A stretch of 64,000 nt of DNA from a virus (lineage: Duplodnaviria > Caudoviricetes), in IMG/VR virus record IMGVR_UViG_3300028197_000002. One strand, written 5' to 3'. The notes beneath the pieces are model-generated. The model made no database searches, had not been told where the DNA came from, and worked only from the letters and a program-made list of their open reading frames with translations. This document shows, piece after piece, positions 56,031-64,000 of this stretch. Each line of letters starts with the position of its first letter. Within the stretch, counting starts at the first letter, position 1. Both the position numbers and the translations under genes were made by a program.

Positions 56031-56042
56031 TAGTTTGCGGTA
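56031..56042 (+). promoter_or_regulatory. phage promoter motif (TAGTTTGCGGTA)
   Basis: Family member. Confidence 0.8.
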
Positions 56043-56047
56043 AAAGT

Positions 56048-56308
56048 ATGGGACAAGAAAAAGACTTTGAAGACCTGAAAAAAGAAGCTATGGAAAACGA
56101 AGTAAATCAAAAGATTTTTGATTTGGTAGAAAAGCCTAAAGACTTTATGTTCGTTAAATCATCGAACGTCTACTATGACCGCTATCGTGTGAACGTATAC
56201 AGTGCGTATCAAGATGGTGGAACATTAACTGGCTATACAAGCCAACGAATCTCTCATTCATATTTTTGTAAATACGATGGAGAAGATTTAACAATTATTT
56301 CTGCTTAG
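56048..56308 (+). CDS. hypothetical protein
   Basis: YYDRYRVNVY...ISHSYF. Confidence 0.65.
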   Translation: MGQEKDFEDLKKEAMENEVNQKIFDLVEKPKDFMFVKSSNVYYDRYRVNVYSAYQDGGTLTGYTSQRISHSYFCKYDGEDLTIISA

Positions 56309-56317
56309 TTTATAGTA
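56306..56317 (+). promoter_or_regulatory. phage promoter motif (TAGTTTATAGTA)
   Basis: Family member; TAG is the upstream stop. Confidence 0.6.
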
Positions 56318-56369
56318 ATATGGTGAAGCGGTTTAAATCCAACCAACTAACCAACTAATTTAAATTAAA

Positions 56370-56585
56370 ATGAAAATTAAAAAAGGCGACCGATTAAAAT
56401 TAACTGGTCCAATTAAAAATTCTGATTCTACTTGGATGCCTATTGAGAAAGACATGCCAGTGGGATTAGAAGGGTCTGTAACAGATGTTTCTAATGGGCA
56501 TGGTCATCTTTACATTGCAATGCAATGGGACAATGGTAGAACATTGTCGTTAATTGATTCTGATAAATGTTATGAATTAGTTTAA
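56370..56585 (+). CDS. small SH3-like hypothetical protein
   Basis: K.GDR.KL...GLEG.V....WDNG.TLSL. Confidence 0.6.
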   Translation: MKIKKGDRLKLTGPIKNSDSTWMPIEKDMPVGLEGSVTDVSNGHGHLYIAMQWDNGRTLSLIDSDKCYELV

Positions 56586-56590
56586 AATTA

Positions 56591-56664
56591 GCCCCTATAG
56601 CTTAATTGGTTAAAGCAACGGTCTTTTAAACCGTCGAGTGTAAGTTCGAGTCTTACTGGGGGTA
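56591..56664 (+). tRNA. trnK: tRNA-Lys(TTT)
   Basis: Anticodon arm ACGGT-CTTTTAA-ACCGT; T-loop TTCGAGT; no CCA. Confidence 0.93.
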
Positions 56665-56678
56665 CATGTAAATTTAAA

Positions 56679-56706
56679 TTGACAGTTGAGTTATAATTAT
56701 TATAAT
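56679..56706 (+). promoter_or_regulatory. consensus sigma-70 promoter
   Basis: TTGACA-N16-TATAAT. Confidence 0.7.
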
Positions 56707-56773
56707 TAAAGCTCTCCCGAACAGGAAGCGTCCTTTCCCCTACACATTGATTGTGACCTTTCTGTTTAATAAA

Positions 56774-56816
56774 CCAGCCCTTTGGATAATGCTAGTCTAA
56801 AGGGCTGGTATTTTTT
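56774..56816 (+). terminator. intrinsic terminator
   Basis: CCAGCCCTTTGGA/TCTAAAGGGCTGG stem + T-run. Confidence 0.8.
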
Positions 56817-56818
56817 AA

Positions 56819-56889
56819 TACGGGGTGGTGTAATGGTAGCACAAGAGTTTTTGGTACTCTTTGTCGGGGTTCGAGTCCCTGCTCCGTAG
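56819..56889 (+). tRNA. trnQ: tRNA-Gln(TTG)
   Basis: Acceptor TACGGGG/CTCCGTA; anticodon arm AGAGT-TTTTGGT-ACTCT; no CCA. Confidence 0.9.
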
Positions 56890-56948
56890 CTTAAAAAAAT
56901 ATTTTATTTGAAAAAAAACAAGACTTAGTTTATTATAAATATATGAAA

Positions 56949-57303
56949 GGGGTCGTTCTGGTATCGACTGGATAAAAAGATACATGCTCGCAAGTAGTGG
57001 TTAATCGACAGGCCACTTAAAAAGTCGATTAAAACGCTTTAACTGGCGAAACTCAGTTAGCACTCGCCGCTTAGTATAGTGGTGACAGTTTTAGGAAGCG
57101 ATGAAGGGAGCGTCCAAAAAACTGCTGTAAAATCCTTCGGCTGTTAAGTTCGGTCAACGGGGACTTAACCTGAGATACGGTTGATCGGAAAGACGAATGT
57201 TGTTTGTTCTTTAGTCCTTTCTTAAAAATTATGAACAAAATAAACTTGTAGAAAGTGTGTGGAAAGTTATCTCAGGACAGGGGTTCGACTCCCCTCGACT
57301 CCA
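56949..57303 (+). ncRNA. ssrA: tmRNA; tag (A)GETQLALAA at 57045-57074
   Basis: Ala-type acceptor GGGGTCG/CGACTCC with G3.U70, T-arm GGGG-TTCGACT-CCCC, tag ORF ending ALAA-TAG; TATAAATA at 56934. Confidence 0.93.
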
Positions 57304-57334
57304 CTTTTTTTTAATTTAATATCTATATAATTTT

Positions 57335-57466
57335 ATGGATATTAACATGATAATAAATATAGCTCTTGGTGTAGTTTTAGGAAGATTTCTAGGCTGGTTT
57401 TTATTAATAATTTGGAATGGCTTTTTGGGCTGTATCCGAGATACTAAAAGAAAATTTAAAAAATAA
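57335..57466 (+). CDS. small membrane protein (43 aa, not in ORF track)
   Basis: CTATATA upstream; hydrophobic helix + basic tail. Confidence 0.5.
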   Translation: MDINMIINIALGVVLGRFLGWFLLIIWNGFLGCIRDTKRKFKK

Positions 57467-57473
57467 TCAAAAG

Positions 57474-57485
57474 CAGTTTGCGGTA
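57474..57485 (+). promoter_or_regulatory. phage promoter motif (CAGTTTGCGGTA)
   Basis: Family member. Confidence 0.75.
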
Positions 57486-57524
57486 ATTTTAGTCAACCCG
57501 ATCTAAACCTTACAGGGAATTTCT

Positions 57525-58220
57525 ATGCCCAGAACTAAAAATCCAAAAATTAGTCCTGATGAACAGACTTGGCTTTCTGCAATCGACACTTCGTTATCCC
57601 AATCCGGCTCATATCGAATGGACTGGGAAGAACGCAACATTTTGAACAATAAGTTTCTTGCTATAAAAACGCACGTTCAAAAGGGCGGTGACTTTTCTAT
57701 TGGTTGGGATGCTTTCTTTGATAAGATATTTTCTTCTATTGATCGTGAATTTTTAAATCAAAAGTGTGGTATTTGTTATGCTTATGCCCGAAAGCAAGGG
57801 CGATTAAAATTAAATCAAGAGAAGATTTTTTTAAAAGAGGCATCAAATGGATGGAGAAGTGCCAGTAACGTTTACAAGTATGCTCGTTATGTAATGCGTG
57901 GACGACTCCATGCTGATGTAGAGGCAGTAATAGACTTTGGCAAATGCTATAAATATCCAGAATGGCTCAACAAGATGGATTTGCCTTATGAAGACGTATT
58001 GATGAAGAATACTACTGCTGCTTATCATTTTTATTGTTCAAACTTTTATCTTCCAGATAATATTCACAACATGATGATTGCAAGCAAACTTGGTGGCGAT
58101 AATTATGCTGCGGCTTACTTTAAAGAAAAAGAAAAGGTTGAAACTTATTTGTTGACAGCATTAAACAATGTAGACAAGACTATGACTGTTGGAGATTTTG
58201 TTAAAAAAATTATGAAGTAG
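57525..58220 (+). CDS. LPxxxHN-family protein
   Basis: YKYARYVMRGRL, YLPDNIHNMMI, D.TMTVGDFV tail. Confidence 0.75.
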   Translation: MPRTKNPKISPDEQTWLSAIDTSLSQSGSYRMDWEERNILNNKFLAIKTHVQKGGDFSIGWDAFFDKIFSSIDREFLNQKCGICYAYARKQGRLKLNQEKIFLKEASNGWRSASNVYKYARYVMRGRLHADVEAVIDFGKCYKYPEWLNKMDLPYEDVLMKNTTAAYHFYCSNFYLPDNIHNMMIASKLGGDNYAAAYFKEKEKVETYLLTALNNVDKTMTVGDFVKKIMK

Positions 58221-58229
58221 TTTTTTGTA
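58218..58229 (+). promoter_or_regulatory. phage promoter motif variant (TAGTTTTTTGTA)
   Basis: Family variant; TAG is the upstream stop. Confidence 0.55.
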
Positions 58230-58258
58230 TAAATATCTCCAACATTAAGGAAACCAAA

Positions 58259-58486
58259 ATGGAACAATTACAAAGATACATCGAACTGATACAGGCTTAC
58301 ATTGGTCTTGAATACGATCTTTCAGAACAAGACAAGCTAGATATTAGTGGAATGAATGGTTTAATTGACGAAATAATTGCTCCAGCCTATTTTGAAGGCG
58401 AACCAGTTTGTAATTTAGCTGGTATACTGGTTGCTAATCTGCGAAGGATGAAGGCTGGCTTTCCATCGACGTTCACCGACGATTAA
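58259..58486 (+). CDS. hypothetical protein
   Basis: AAGGA RBS. Confidence 0.65.
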   Translation: MEQLQRYIELIQAYIGLEYDLSEQDKLDISGMNGLIDEIIAPAYFEGEPVCNLAGILVANLRRMKAGFPSTFTDD

Positions 58487-58524
58487 AAGATGAGGGTCAA
58501 GTTTAATTTAAATTAAATTGATGT

Positions 58525-58609
58525 GCCGAAGTGGCGGAATTGGCAGACGCAACGGACTTAAAATCCGTTGTCCGTAATGGACGTGCGGGTTCAAGTCCCG
58601 CCTTCGGTA
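58525..58609 (+). tRNA. trnL: tRNA-Leu(TAA)
   Basis: Long variable arm; ACGGA-CTTAAAA-TCCGT; no CCA. Confidence 0.95.
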
Positions 58610-58622
58610 CTTTTACAGACAT

Positions 58623-58691
<69 letters not shown>

Positions 58692-58696
<5 letters not shown>

Positions 58697-58910
58697 CTTT
58701 AATTTAATCTTTATTTATGGAAATAGAAAGATGAAATCTGATGACTATTGGAAAAGCATAAAAGAGGATTGGAAAAAACATACGATTGAATTAAAAGATA
58801 ACAAGTGGATTTTAAAATTTAAAAATGATAAATTAAAAGATCATACTTTCACCAGCAAAACAAAATTAGAAGAATATTTAGATTGGTTGGAAAACGCTAC
58901 TTATGTCTGA
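58692..58910 (+). CDS. hypothetical protein
   Basis: ORF track; true start probably ATG 58731. Confidence 0.5.
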
Positions 58911-59391
58911 CAAAGGTCTGCTGGATGAAATACGTTTGTCGGAAGCGGGTTGTTCTCAACCCAAACTCAGCTACATATTTAAAACTTTAAAAGCAAATAA
59001 TATAACCGAACTCGAAGTTAATTTTGATGGTCATAGTGATGACGGACACATGCGGTTTACTAATGCAGTAGGTGATCCAAGCAAAGTAAAGGAAATTACA
59101 CTTTACAACGAAGTTAGTCCAAATACATTCTTGGATGAACCAACACCTTTTGCATCCCAAAGTTCAGGAGCAACATATCCGGATGCATCAGCAACCTTAT
59201 GTGATATTATTTGGGAATCTGTGTATTCGATTTTCGATTACAAGGATATTAGCTGGTGCGGAGGTCGTGGGAATAAAGGTTATTTAAAATTTAATTCTTT
59301 TAAAAATAAAGTTGAAATAAAATATTTAAAATATGTAGAAAGCTATGATGAGATCACTTTCAACCAAATTTCAGGAAACATTATAAATTAA
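58903..59391 (+). CDS. DUF6878-like protein
   Basis: I..LEV.FDG..DDG...W....G..G.L.F; adjacent to DUF6915-like gene. Confidence 0.5.
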   Translation: MSDKGLLDEIRLSEAGCSQPKLSYIFKTLKANNITELEVNFDGHSDDGHMRFTNAVGDPSKVKEITLYNEVSPNTFLDEPTPFASQSSGATYPDASATLCDIIWESVYSIFDYKDISWCGGRGNKGYLKFNSFKNKVEIKYLKYVESYDEITFNQISGNIIN

Positions 59392-59408
59392 AAATAAATA
59401 AATTGGAT

Positions 59409-59420
59409 TAGTTTGCTGTA
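59409..59420 (+). promoter_or_regulatory. phage promoter motif (TAGTTTGCTGTA)
   Basis: Family member. Confidence 0.65.
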
Positions 59421-59451
59421 TTGTTATCAGCAACAACATTTGGGAGAAAGT

Positions 59452-59922
59452 ATGGCTAATCCATATCATCATGCGGTATCGAGTGCAAAGAAGTGGGGCG
59501 GAGAGCCAGAGGATTATCAATCAATCCACGATTGGTTTGACTGTTCTAAGGAAATGTGGGCTGATTTTCGCCATCGTGCTTTGAGGCATCATTCTCAGGG
59601 CATTTTTGAAGCAGAGCGTATATTTGGTCATACTATTAGAATTAGCGGGAAACGTAAACTTCGTTGGTTTGAGAAGGTAGTTTCTTTTATTACCGGCAAA
59701 GAAATAAAAACTGGTCGGAAAGTGCCTGTACGCTGGATTGGCGAACAGCATGTGAAAGAGGATTGCGGATTTATCCCTTCGATCCAGGATTGGTTTAGGC
59801 ACATAAAGCCTCAAAGATGGATGGGACAACCACCTGTTCGATTAGAAAAGGCTTTAGAAAAGGTAAATTCTACCGAAGATTGGCAGAATCATGTGGGTGA
59901 GAAAATTGATGTAGCAATATGA
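59452..59922 (+). CDS. DUF6915-like His-rich protein
   Basis: MANPYHHAVSSAKKWGG..EDY..IHDWFD.SK...AD.RHRALRHH..GIF..E..FG...VPVR.IGEQHV.ED.G.IP. Confidence 0.75.
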   Translation: MANPYHHAVSSAKKWGGEPEDYQSIHDWFDCSKEMWADFRHRALRHHSQGIFEAERIFGHTIRISGKRKLRWFEKVVSFITGKEIKTGRKVPVRWIGEQHVKEDCGFIPSIQDWFRHIKPQRWMGQPPVRLEKALEKVNSTEDWQNHVGEKIDVAI

Positions 59923-60014
59923 AAAATTTAAATAGTTTACTCTTTTGAAAGATACAGATATAATAAATCCCCCTTGGACATTCCGTTCAAGATAATTTTT
60001 TTAAGGAGAATTAA

Positions 60015-60413
60015 ATGAAGTTAGTTTTAACAGCCGCCCTTTGCCTTGTTCCTGCTCTTGCTTTTGCTGGTGAAAAGCCAACAAGTGAGGAACCAACAGT
60101 TACTGCAACAGCCGCAGTAGATCAGGAAGTGGTTGAGGAAGTTGAAAGTGGCTGCTCGGACGGTGATTGCAACCTACGCACTCGTCGTGTATGGCCCCTT
60201 AGAGTAGTAGAAGTATTCGACTGCAAAGACGGATGCTGCAACTCTAGGATGCGTGTCGTTACGCCTAGATGCAGAACCACTTGTTGCGAAGAAGAAGCAT
60301 GTTGCGAAAGTGCATGTGAATGTGAAGACTCATGTGATGATGCAACTCGTTGTCGCCCTCGCCTTCGCCTTTTCAGAAGGTGGAGAACAACAAAAACAAG
60401 TTGCTGTAACTGA
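60015..60413 (+). CDS. secreted Cys-rich protein (Planctomycete-like)
   Basis: Signal peptide, CC-rich, RLFRRW. Confidence 0.65.
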   Translation: MKLVLTAALCLVPALAFAGEKPTSEEPTVTATAAVDQEVVEEVESGCSDGDCNLRTRRVWPLRVVEVFDCKDGCCNSRMRVVTPRCRTTCCEEEACCESACECEDSCDDATRCRPRLRLFRRWRTTKTSCCN

Positions 60414-60451
60414 ATTATATTATATTAAAATAAATTATTATAATTAATTTT

Positions 60452-60492
60452 AAAGAAGATGCGTTCTTTCTAGTTCGCATCTTCTTTTTTTT
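60452..60492 (+). terminator. intrinsic terminator
   Basis: AAAGAAGATGCG/CGCATCTTCTTT + T-run. Confidence 0.8.
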
Positions 60493-60507
60493 TAAATTTT
60501 TCTAAAG

Positions 60508-60519
60508 TAGTTTGCGGTA
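60508..60519 (+). promoter_or_regulatory. phage promoter motif (TAGTTTGCGGTA)
   Basis: Family member. Confidence 0.8.
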
Positions 60520-60582
60520 CTAATGTGGGAATAGATGTTCTAGCCCCGTTGTAAAAAGTTTTTAAAAAGGTAAAAGTATTTA

Positions 60583-60948
60583 ATGAAATTAAATGCAAGG
60601 CAATTAGCTGAAAATTTAGGAATTTCATACGTGGTTTCATCAGGCTTGATTAAACTGCTTTTGGAAATGAAACAAATTGAATTAGCTGAAAAGGTTTTCC
60701 ATAGTAGTGGAAAAGGAAAGCCAACAAAAATTTATAATTTTCCAGAAGAAGTATCCATTGCTATCAAAGAAGTTGTTCAGGCAGAGCCTGTGGTTGACGC
60801 CCTAGACTTCACTATGGTTGAGGAACCAGTTGCAGAACCAGTTGCAGAAGAAGTTGTAGACAACCGAAAAATGGTTACAGCAAATGCCGGTGAAAGTTGG
60901 TATTACGAAGACGAAGATGATGACGACGACTACGTTGATGTTGATTAA
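60583..60948 (+). CDS. winged helix-turn-helix protein with acidic tail
   Basis: ARQLAENLGISY...GKGKPTKIY. Confidence 0.7.
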   Translation: MKLNARQLAENLGISYVVSSGLIKLLLEMKQIELAEKVFHSSGKGKPTKIYNFPEEVSIAIKEVVQAEPVVDALDFTMVEEPVAEPVAEEVVDNRKMVTANAGESWYYEDEDDDDDYVDVD

Positions 60949-60965
60949 ATATAAAATATCAAAAT

Positions 60966-60977
60966 TAGTTTACAGTA
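60966..60977 (+). promoter_or_regulatory. phage promoter motif (TAGTTTACAGTA)
   Basis: Family member. Confidence 0.7.
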
Positions 60978-61065
60978 TTGTCAGGTGACGATCTGACCGT
61001 TCGAGTCTACCTTGCGGTGCGGGCGAAGAACGATAAAAGGATAACCGCTTTTTAATTTAACCTAA

Positions 61066-61710
61066 TTGCTGATTTTTGATGAAATGAAAGAATATATTTA
61101 TCAATTAAAAATAAATGGCTACACGTTTCCAGCCGTTGCTTTGTGGAATAGCCTCGGTTTTTATTGTGGATACTTAGGCATTGATGAAACCAATGGTTTA
61201 CACGTATCTGAAGAAGATAGACCTGACAACGGCCCTCGTAGCTCAGTTCGTTCCGGCCACGGTTATGTTGATATCAACGTACATGGAGGGGTTACTTTTT
61301 CTGGTTATTTCTCAATTTTGGATAAAGCTTACCATGGATGCTTAGGCCATTTTGTTGAACCCGTTTGTAATAGTCATGAAGAAATTAAAGTTAGTTCAAT
61401 GCTGGTGTCGGATCATCGAGAGTTTGCAGAAGATGCTTGTCAAAGCTTTACTTGGCTGGGTTTTGATTGCGGACATCATAATGACAGAACTAGCCTGAAT
61501 CCTGATGGCAAGGAAAGAAACATAGATTTTGTTTTAAATAATATTAAAATATTAGCAAAAGAAGCTGCTGGATCTAGTCATGAAATATTTCAGCGTCACA
61601 CGCATTTAATGAAAATAACTGAACAAGAACATAACATGATGATGGCTTTAGCTGTGACAGGGGAATGTTGGGCAGAAAAATACATTCGGGATTTAAAAGT
61701 TAGTAACTAA
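61066..61710 (+). CDS. conserved phage protein with C-terminal HNMM motif
   Basis: CGYLGI, INVHGGVTF, WLGFDCGH; tail EQEHNMMMA. Confidence 0.7.
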   Translation: MLIFDEMKEYIYQLKINGYTFPAVALWNSLGFYCGYLGIDETNGLHVSEEDRPDNGPRSSVRSGHGYVDINVHGGVTFSGYFSILDKAYHGCLGHFVEPVCNSHEEIKVSSMLVSDHREFAEDACQSFTWLGFDCGHHNDRTSLNPDGKERNIDFVLNNIKILAKEAAGSSHEIFQRHTHLMKITEQEHNMMMALAVTGECWAEKYIRDLKVSN

Positions 61711-61722
61711 TTTAGATTAAAT

Positions 61723-61794
61723 GGCCCTATCGTCTAGTGGTTAGGACACGGGATTTTCATTCCCGTAACCGGAGTTCGACTCTCCGTAGGGTCA
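61723..61794 (+). tRNA. trnE: tRNA-Glu(TTC)
   Basis: CGGGA-TTTTCAT-TCCCG; no CCA. Confidence 0.95.
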
Positions 61795-61798
61795 CTTT

Positions 61799-61871
61799 GC
61801 TGCTGTAACTCAGTTGGTAGAGTAGCTGATTTGTAATCAGCCTGTCGTCAGTTCGAATCTGACCAGCAGCT
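61799..61871 (+). tRNA. trnT: tRNA-Thr(TGT)
   Basis: GCTGA-TTTGTAA-TCAGC; acceptor GCTGCTG/CAGCAGC; no CCA. Confidence 0.95.
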
Positions 61872-61915
61872 TTCAATTAGGTATATGCTGATCCAAAATT
61901 AATTTATTTTAAACT

Positions 61916-61927
61916 TAGTTTCTGGTA
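61916..61927 (+). promoter_or_regulatory. phage promoter motif (TAGTTTCTGGTA)
   Basis: Family member. Confidence 0.8.
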
Positions 61928-61948
61928 TAATAATAAACACGGAGGTGT

Positions 61949-62203
61949 TTGATGTTTAAAAAGCTTTTGTTTTGGATTTATGGCATGAAGGAGTATGACA
62001 TGAATTGGGTTTTTATTTGTTCGAAAAACGATGCGGTTGATTACGTAAAGATTTTTAATGATTACTTTGATGGCGCAGATTATGCTGATGAGTATATAAA
62101 ACAATACGATAGCGATGCAGAATTACCGAACTATAGAATGAATGAGTTCTATAGAACTGAAAATTTAACAGTTTCTTTAATAAGAGAAACAATAAATACA
62201 TAG
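61949..62203 (+). CDS. hypothetical protein
   Basis: GGAGG RBS. Confidence 0.6.
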   Translation: MMFKKLLFWIYGMKEYDMNWVFICSKNDAVDYVKIFNDYFDGADYADEYIKQYDSDAELPNYRMNEFYRTENLTVSLIRETINT

Positions 62204-62207
62204 AAAG

Positions 62208-62219
62208 TAGTTTACGGTT
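62208..62219 (+). promoter_or_regulatory. phage promoter motif (TAGTTTACGGTT)
   Basis: Family member. Confidence 0.75.
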
Positions 62220-62224
62220 TCAAG

Positions 62225-64000
62225 ATGAACAAGCCTATTCGGACAAAGTATTCTGGTCCCTGTTGCAAATGTGATGAACATGTTCCTGCTGAAGGTAAGT
62301 CTAGAGGCTATGCCCTGAATGAAAATGGGAAATGGAATCGTTATTGCAAGACTTGTTTGCCTGTTAAGGTTGAAGAAGAAAAACGTGAGCTAACCATTGA
62401 TGGTAAAATTCTGATGCCATTTGAAAGGTCCTCTTTGAACTTGCTGAGGAGCATTCCCGGAGCTTGGTTTGATAGGAGTGATGTTTGTTGGAGAGTTTCT
62501 CTCAAAGAAGAAGATAGATTTCGTCTTCTTGAAGTTGCTGATCAGCTCCAACTTACTGTGCCTGAAGATCTAAGAATTGCTAGCGAACAAAAGTTAGTCG
62601 CTGAAGATAGTGGCTTATACAACTTTCAGGTTGAAGGCGTCGAGTGGTTGTCTAGAGGAAAGTATCGGCTTTTGGCAGATGAGATGGGACTTGGAAAAAC
62701 CGTGCAGACTCTGATGGCACTTCCTAAGAATGCAAAATGTTTGGTAATAGCTCCAGCAGCAGTAAAATTCAATTGGAAAGAAGAAGTTCAAAAATGGAGA
62801 TCAGATTTAAATCCTTTTGTTATCTCCGGGTCTGATAATTTTCGTTTTCCTGCTGAGGGAGAAGTTGTAATTGTAAATTATGAAATTCTTCCGAAATACT
62901 TAGAGCCAAAGAAGAAGACTGCTACAAGCAAGTCTTGGGATGTACAGGTTTTCTGGCCCAACAAAGAACTTGAAAAGTCAGCTTCAGAATCATATTTAAT
63001 TATCGATGAAGCTCAAAGAGTTAAAAATTACAAGACTCAAAGAAGCAAGCGAGTTCGAGGACTCTGCATGACATCAAAGTTCGTGTGGGCCTTAACAGGA
63101 ACTCCTTTGGAGAATAAACCTCAAGATCTATACGGAATTCTTGACGCTCTTCAGATGCAGATGCAAGTGTTTGGTGGTTGGAAGCGATTTGTTAAATTAA
63201 TGAATGGATATCAAGATAGCTGGGGCGGATATGTTTGGGGAGAACCAAATGCTTTAGTTCCAGATCTGCTCAGAAGAGTAATGCTTAGAAGAAAACGATA
63301 TGATGTTCTCCCGGATCTTCCACATAAAACTTATTCTGATGTGAAAGTTGATCTTCCTAGTAGCTTAAGAAACTACATGGATGAACTTTGGGATGAATGG
63401 GGCAATGTAATTAAAGATAACAAGCTTCCTCCTTTTGAAAGATTCTCTGAGATCCGCAACAAGTTGGCCATTAGCCGAATTGGAGCAATGATTGACTTGG
63501 TCGAAGATCATGAAGAAGAAGATGTGCCTTTGGTTGTTTTCTCTGCTCATCTCAAACCTTTAGACAAATTAGCTGAACGAGATGGTTGGGAAAAAATAAC
63601 TGGAGCCACATCCGCTGAGAGACGTCAACAAATCGTAAATGAATTTCAAGAAGGAAATTTAAAAGGTGTCGCGGTTAGTATTAAAGCAGGCGGAGTTGGT
63701 TTGACTTTAACACGAGCGTGGAAAGCTATCTTTGTAGATTTAGATTGGGTTCCGGGAGCTAATCAACAAGCTGAAGACCGCATATGCAGAATTGGACAAG
63801 AGTCTCAAAAAGTGGAAATTGTACGTATGGTTTCTAACCATGTGATGGATCTTCATGTTCTTGAGCTTATTCATCTCAAAAATTACATAATTGAAAAAAG
63901 TGTTGAGCAAGCAACTGAGATTCAAGTTAAAAAACCTGAAGCAATTACAGAAACTGATGAAGAATTTGAGATAAGAATGGCCAAGGCTGCTCTAAAAAGC
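62225..64000 (+). CDS. SNF2-family (SMARCAL1/HARP-like) helicase, 3' truncated; not in ORF track
   Basis: Translated by hand from ATG 62225: N-terminal CxxC...CxxC, LLADEMGLGKT, IIDEAQ, LTGTP, GVGLTLT, QAEDRICRIGQ. Confidence 0.92.
   Translation, partial: MNKPIRTKYSGPCCKCDEHVPAEGKSRGYALNENGKWNRYCKTCLPVKVEEEKRELTIDGKILMPFERSSLNLLRSIPGAWFDRSDVCWRVSLKEEDRFRLLEVADQLQLTVPEDLRIASEQKLVAEDSGLYNFQVEGVEWLSRGKYRLLADEMGLGKTVQTLMALPKNAKCLVIAPAAVKFNWKEEVQKWRSDLNPFVISGSDNFRFPAEGEVVIVNYEILPKYLEPKKKTATSKSWDVQVFWPNKELEKSASESYLIIDEAQRVKNYKTQRSKRVRGLCMTSKFVWALTGTPLENKPQDLYGILDALQMQMQVFGGWKRFVKLMNGYQDSWGGYVWGEPNALVPDLLRRVMLRRKRYDVLPDLPHKTYSDVKVDLPSSLRNYMDELWDEWGNVIKDNKLPPFERFSEIRNKLAISRIGAMIDLVEDHEEEDVPLVVFSAHLKPLDKLAERDGWEKITGATSAERRQQIVNEFQEGNLKGVAVSIKAGGVGLTLTRAWKAIFVDLDWVPGANQQAEDRICRIGQESQKVEIVRMVSNHVMDLHVLELIHLKNYIIEKSVEQATEIQVKKPEAITETDEEFEIRMAKAALKS

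Noticed and set aside
56665-56700. tRNA-associated theta (HDV-like) ribozymes after CCA-less tRNAs
   Set aside because: Sequences right after each tRNA are short AT-rich tracts with no nested double-pseudoknot pattern.
60980-61010. Fluoride riboswitch
   Set aside because: Superficial GGTGA...CTAC similarity, but the required P1 complement and pseudoknot sequence are missing; kept only as an unassigned candidate.

Overview
This is an AT-rich (roughly 30% GC by eye), gene-dense segment of a large T4-like bacteriophage genome, not a cellular chromosome. Evidence: an rIIA gene plus an rIIB-like gene, T4-type capsid-targeting N-termini, a MoxR/VWA pair, DNA ligases, UvsE, many short orphan ORFs, and no ribosomal or housekeeping operons. 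Several captured genes point to a Planctomycetota host: the sigma-70 type, the ferredoxin, lipoproteins, NKS..IR.YL DNA-binding proteins and Cys-rich secreted proteins. The window encodes ClpX, a stand-alone RNAP alpha-CTD, two sigma-like factors, a tmRNA (tag GETQLALAA), 7 tRNAs lacking CCA, an RNA end-healing pair (HAD + 2H), a minimal kinase, an HD alarmone hydrolase, glycan/sulfate-modifying enzymes and a SNF2 helicase truncated by the window end. Non-coding structure the gene list does not explain: (1) about 33 co-oriented copies of a promoter-like motif A-tract-N-TAGTTTNNGGTA in front of genes from 16.4 kb onward; (2) a polar bipartite element TGCACAAAT-N35/36-TGATTTAAGTTTT that brackets single host-like genes as cassettes at 14.6-15.9 kb and recurs as a tandem pair at 51.9-52.2 kb; (3) several candidate structured ncRNAs, the best a multi-pseudoknot RNA on the minus strand at 4387-4539. 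All calls were made by reading the sequence; no database searches were run.
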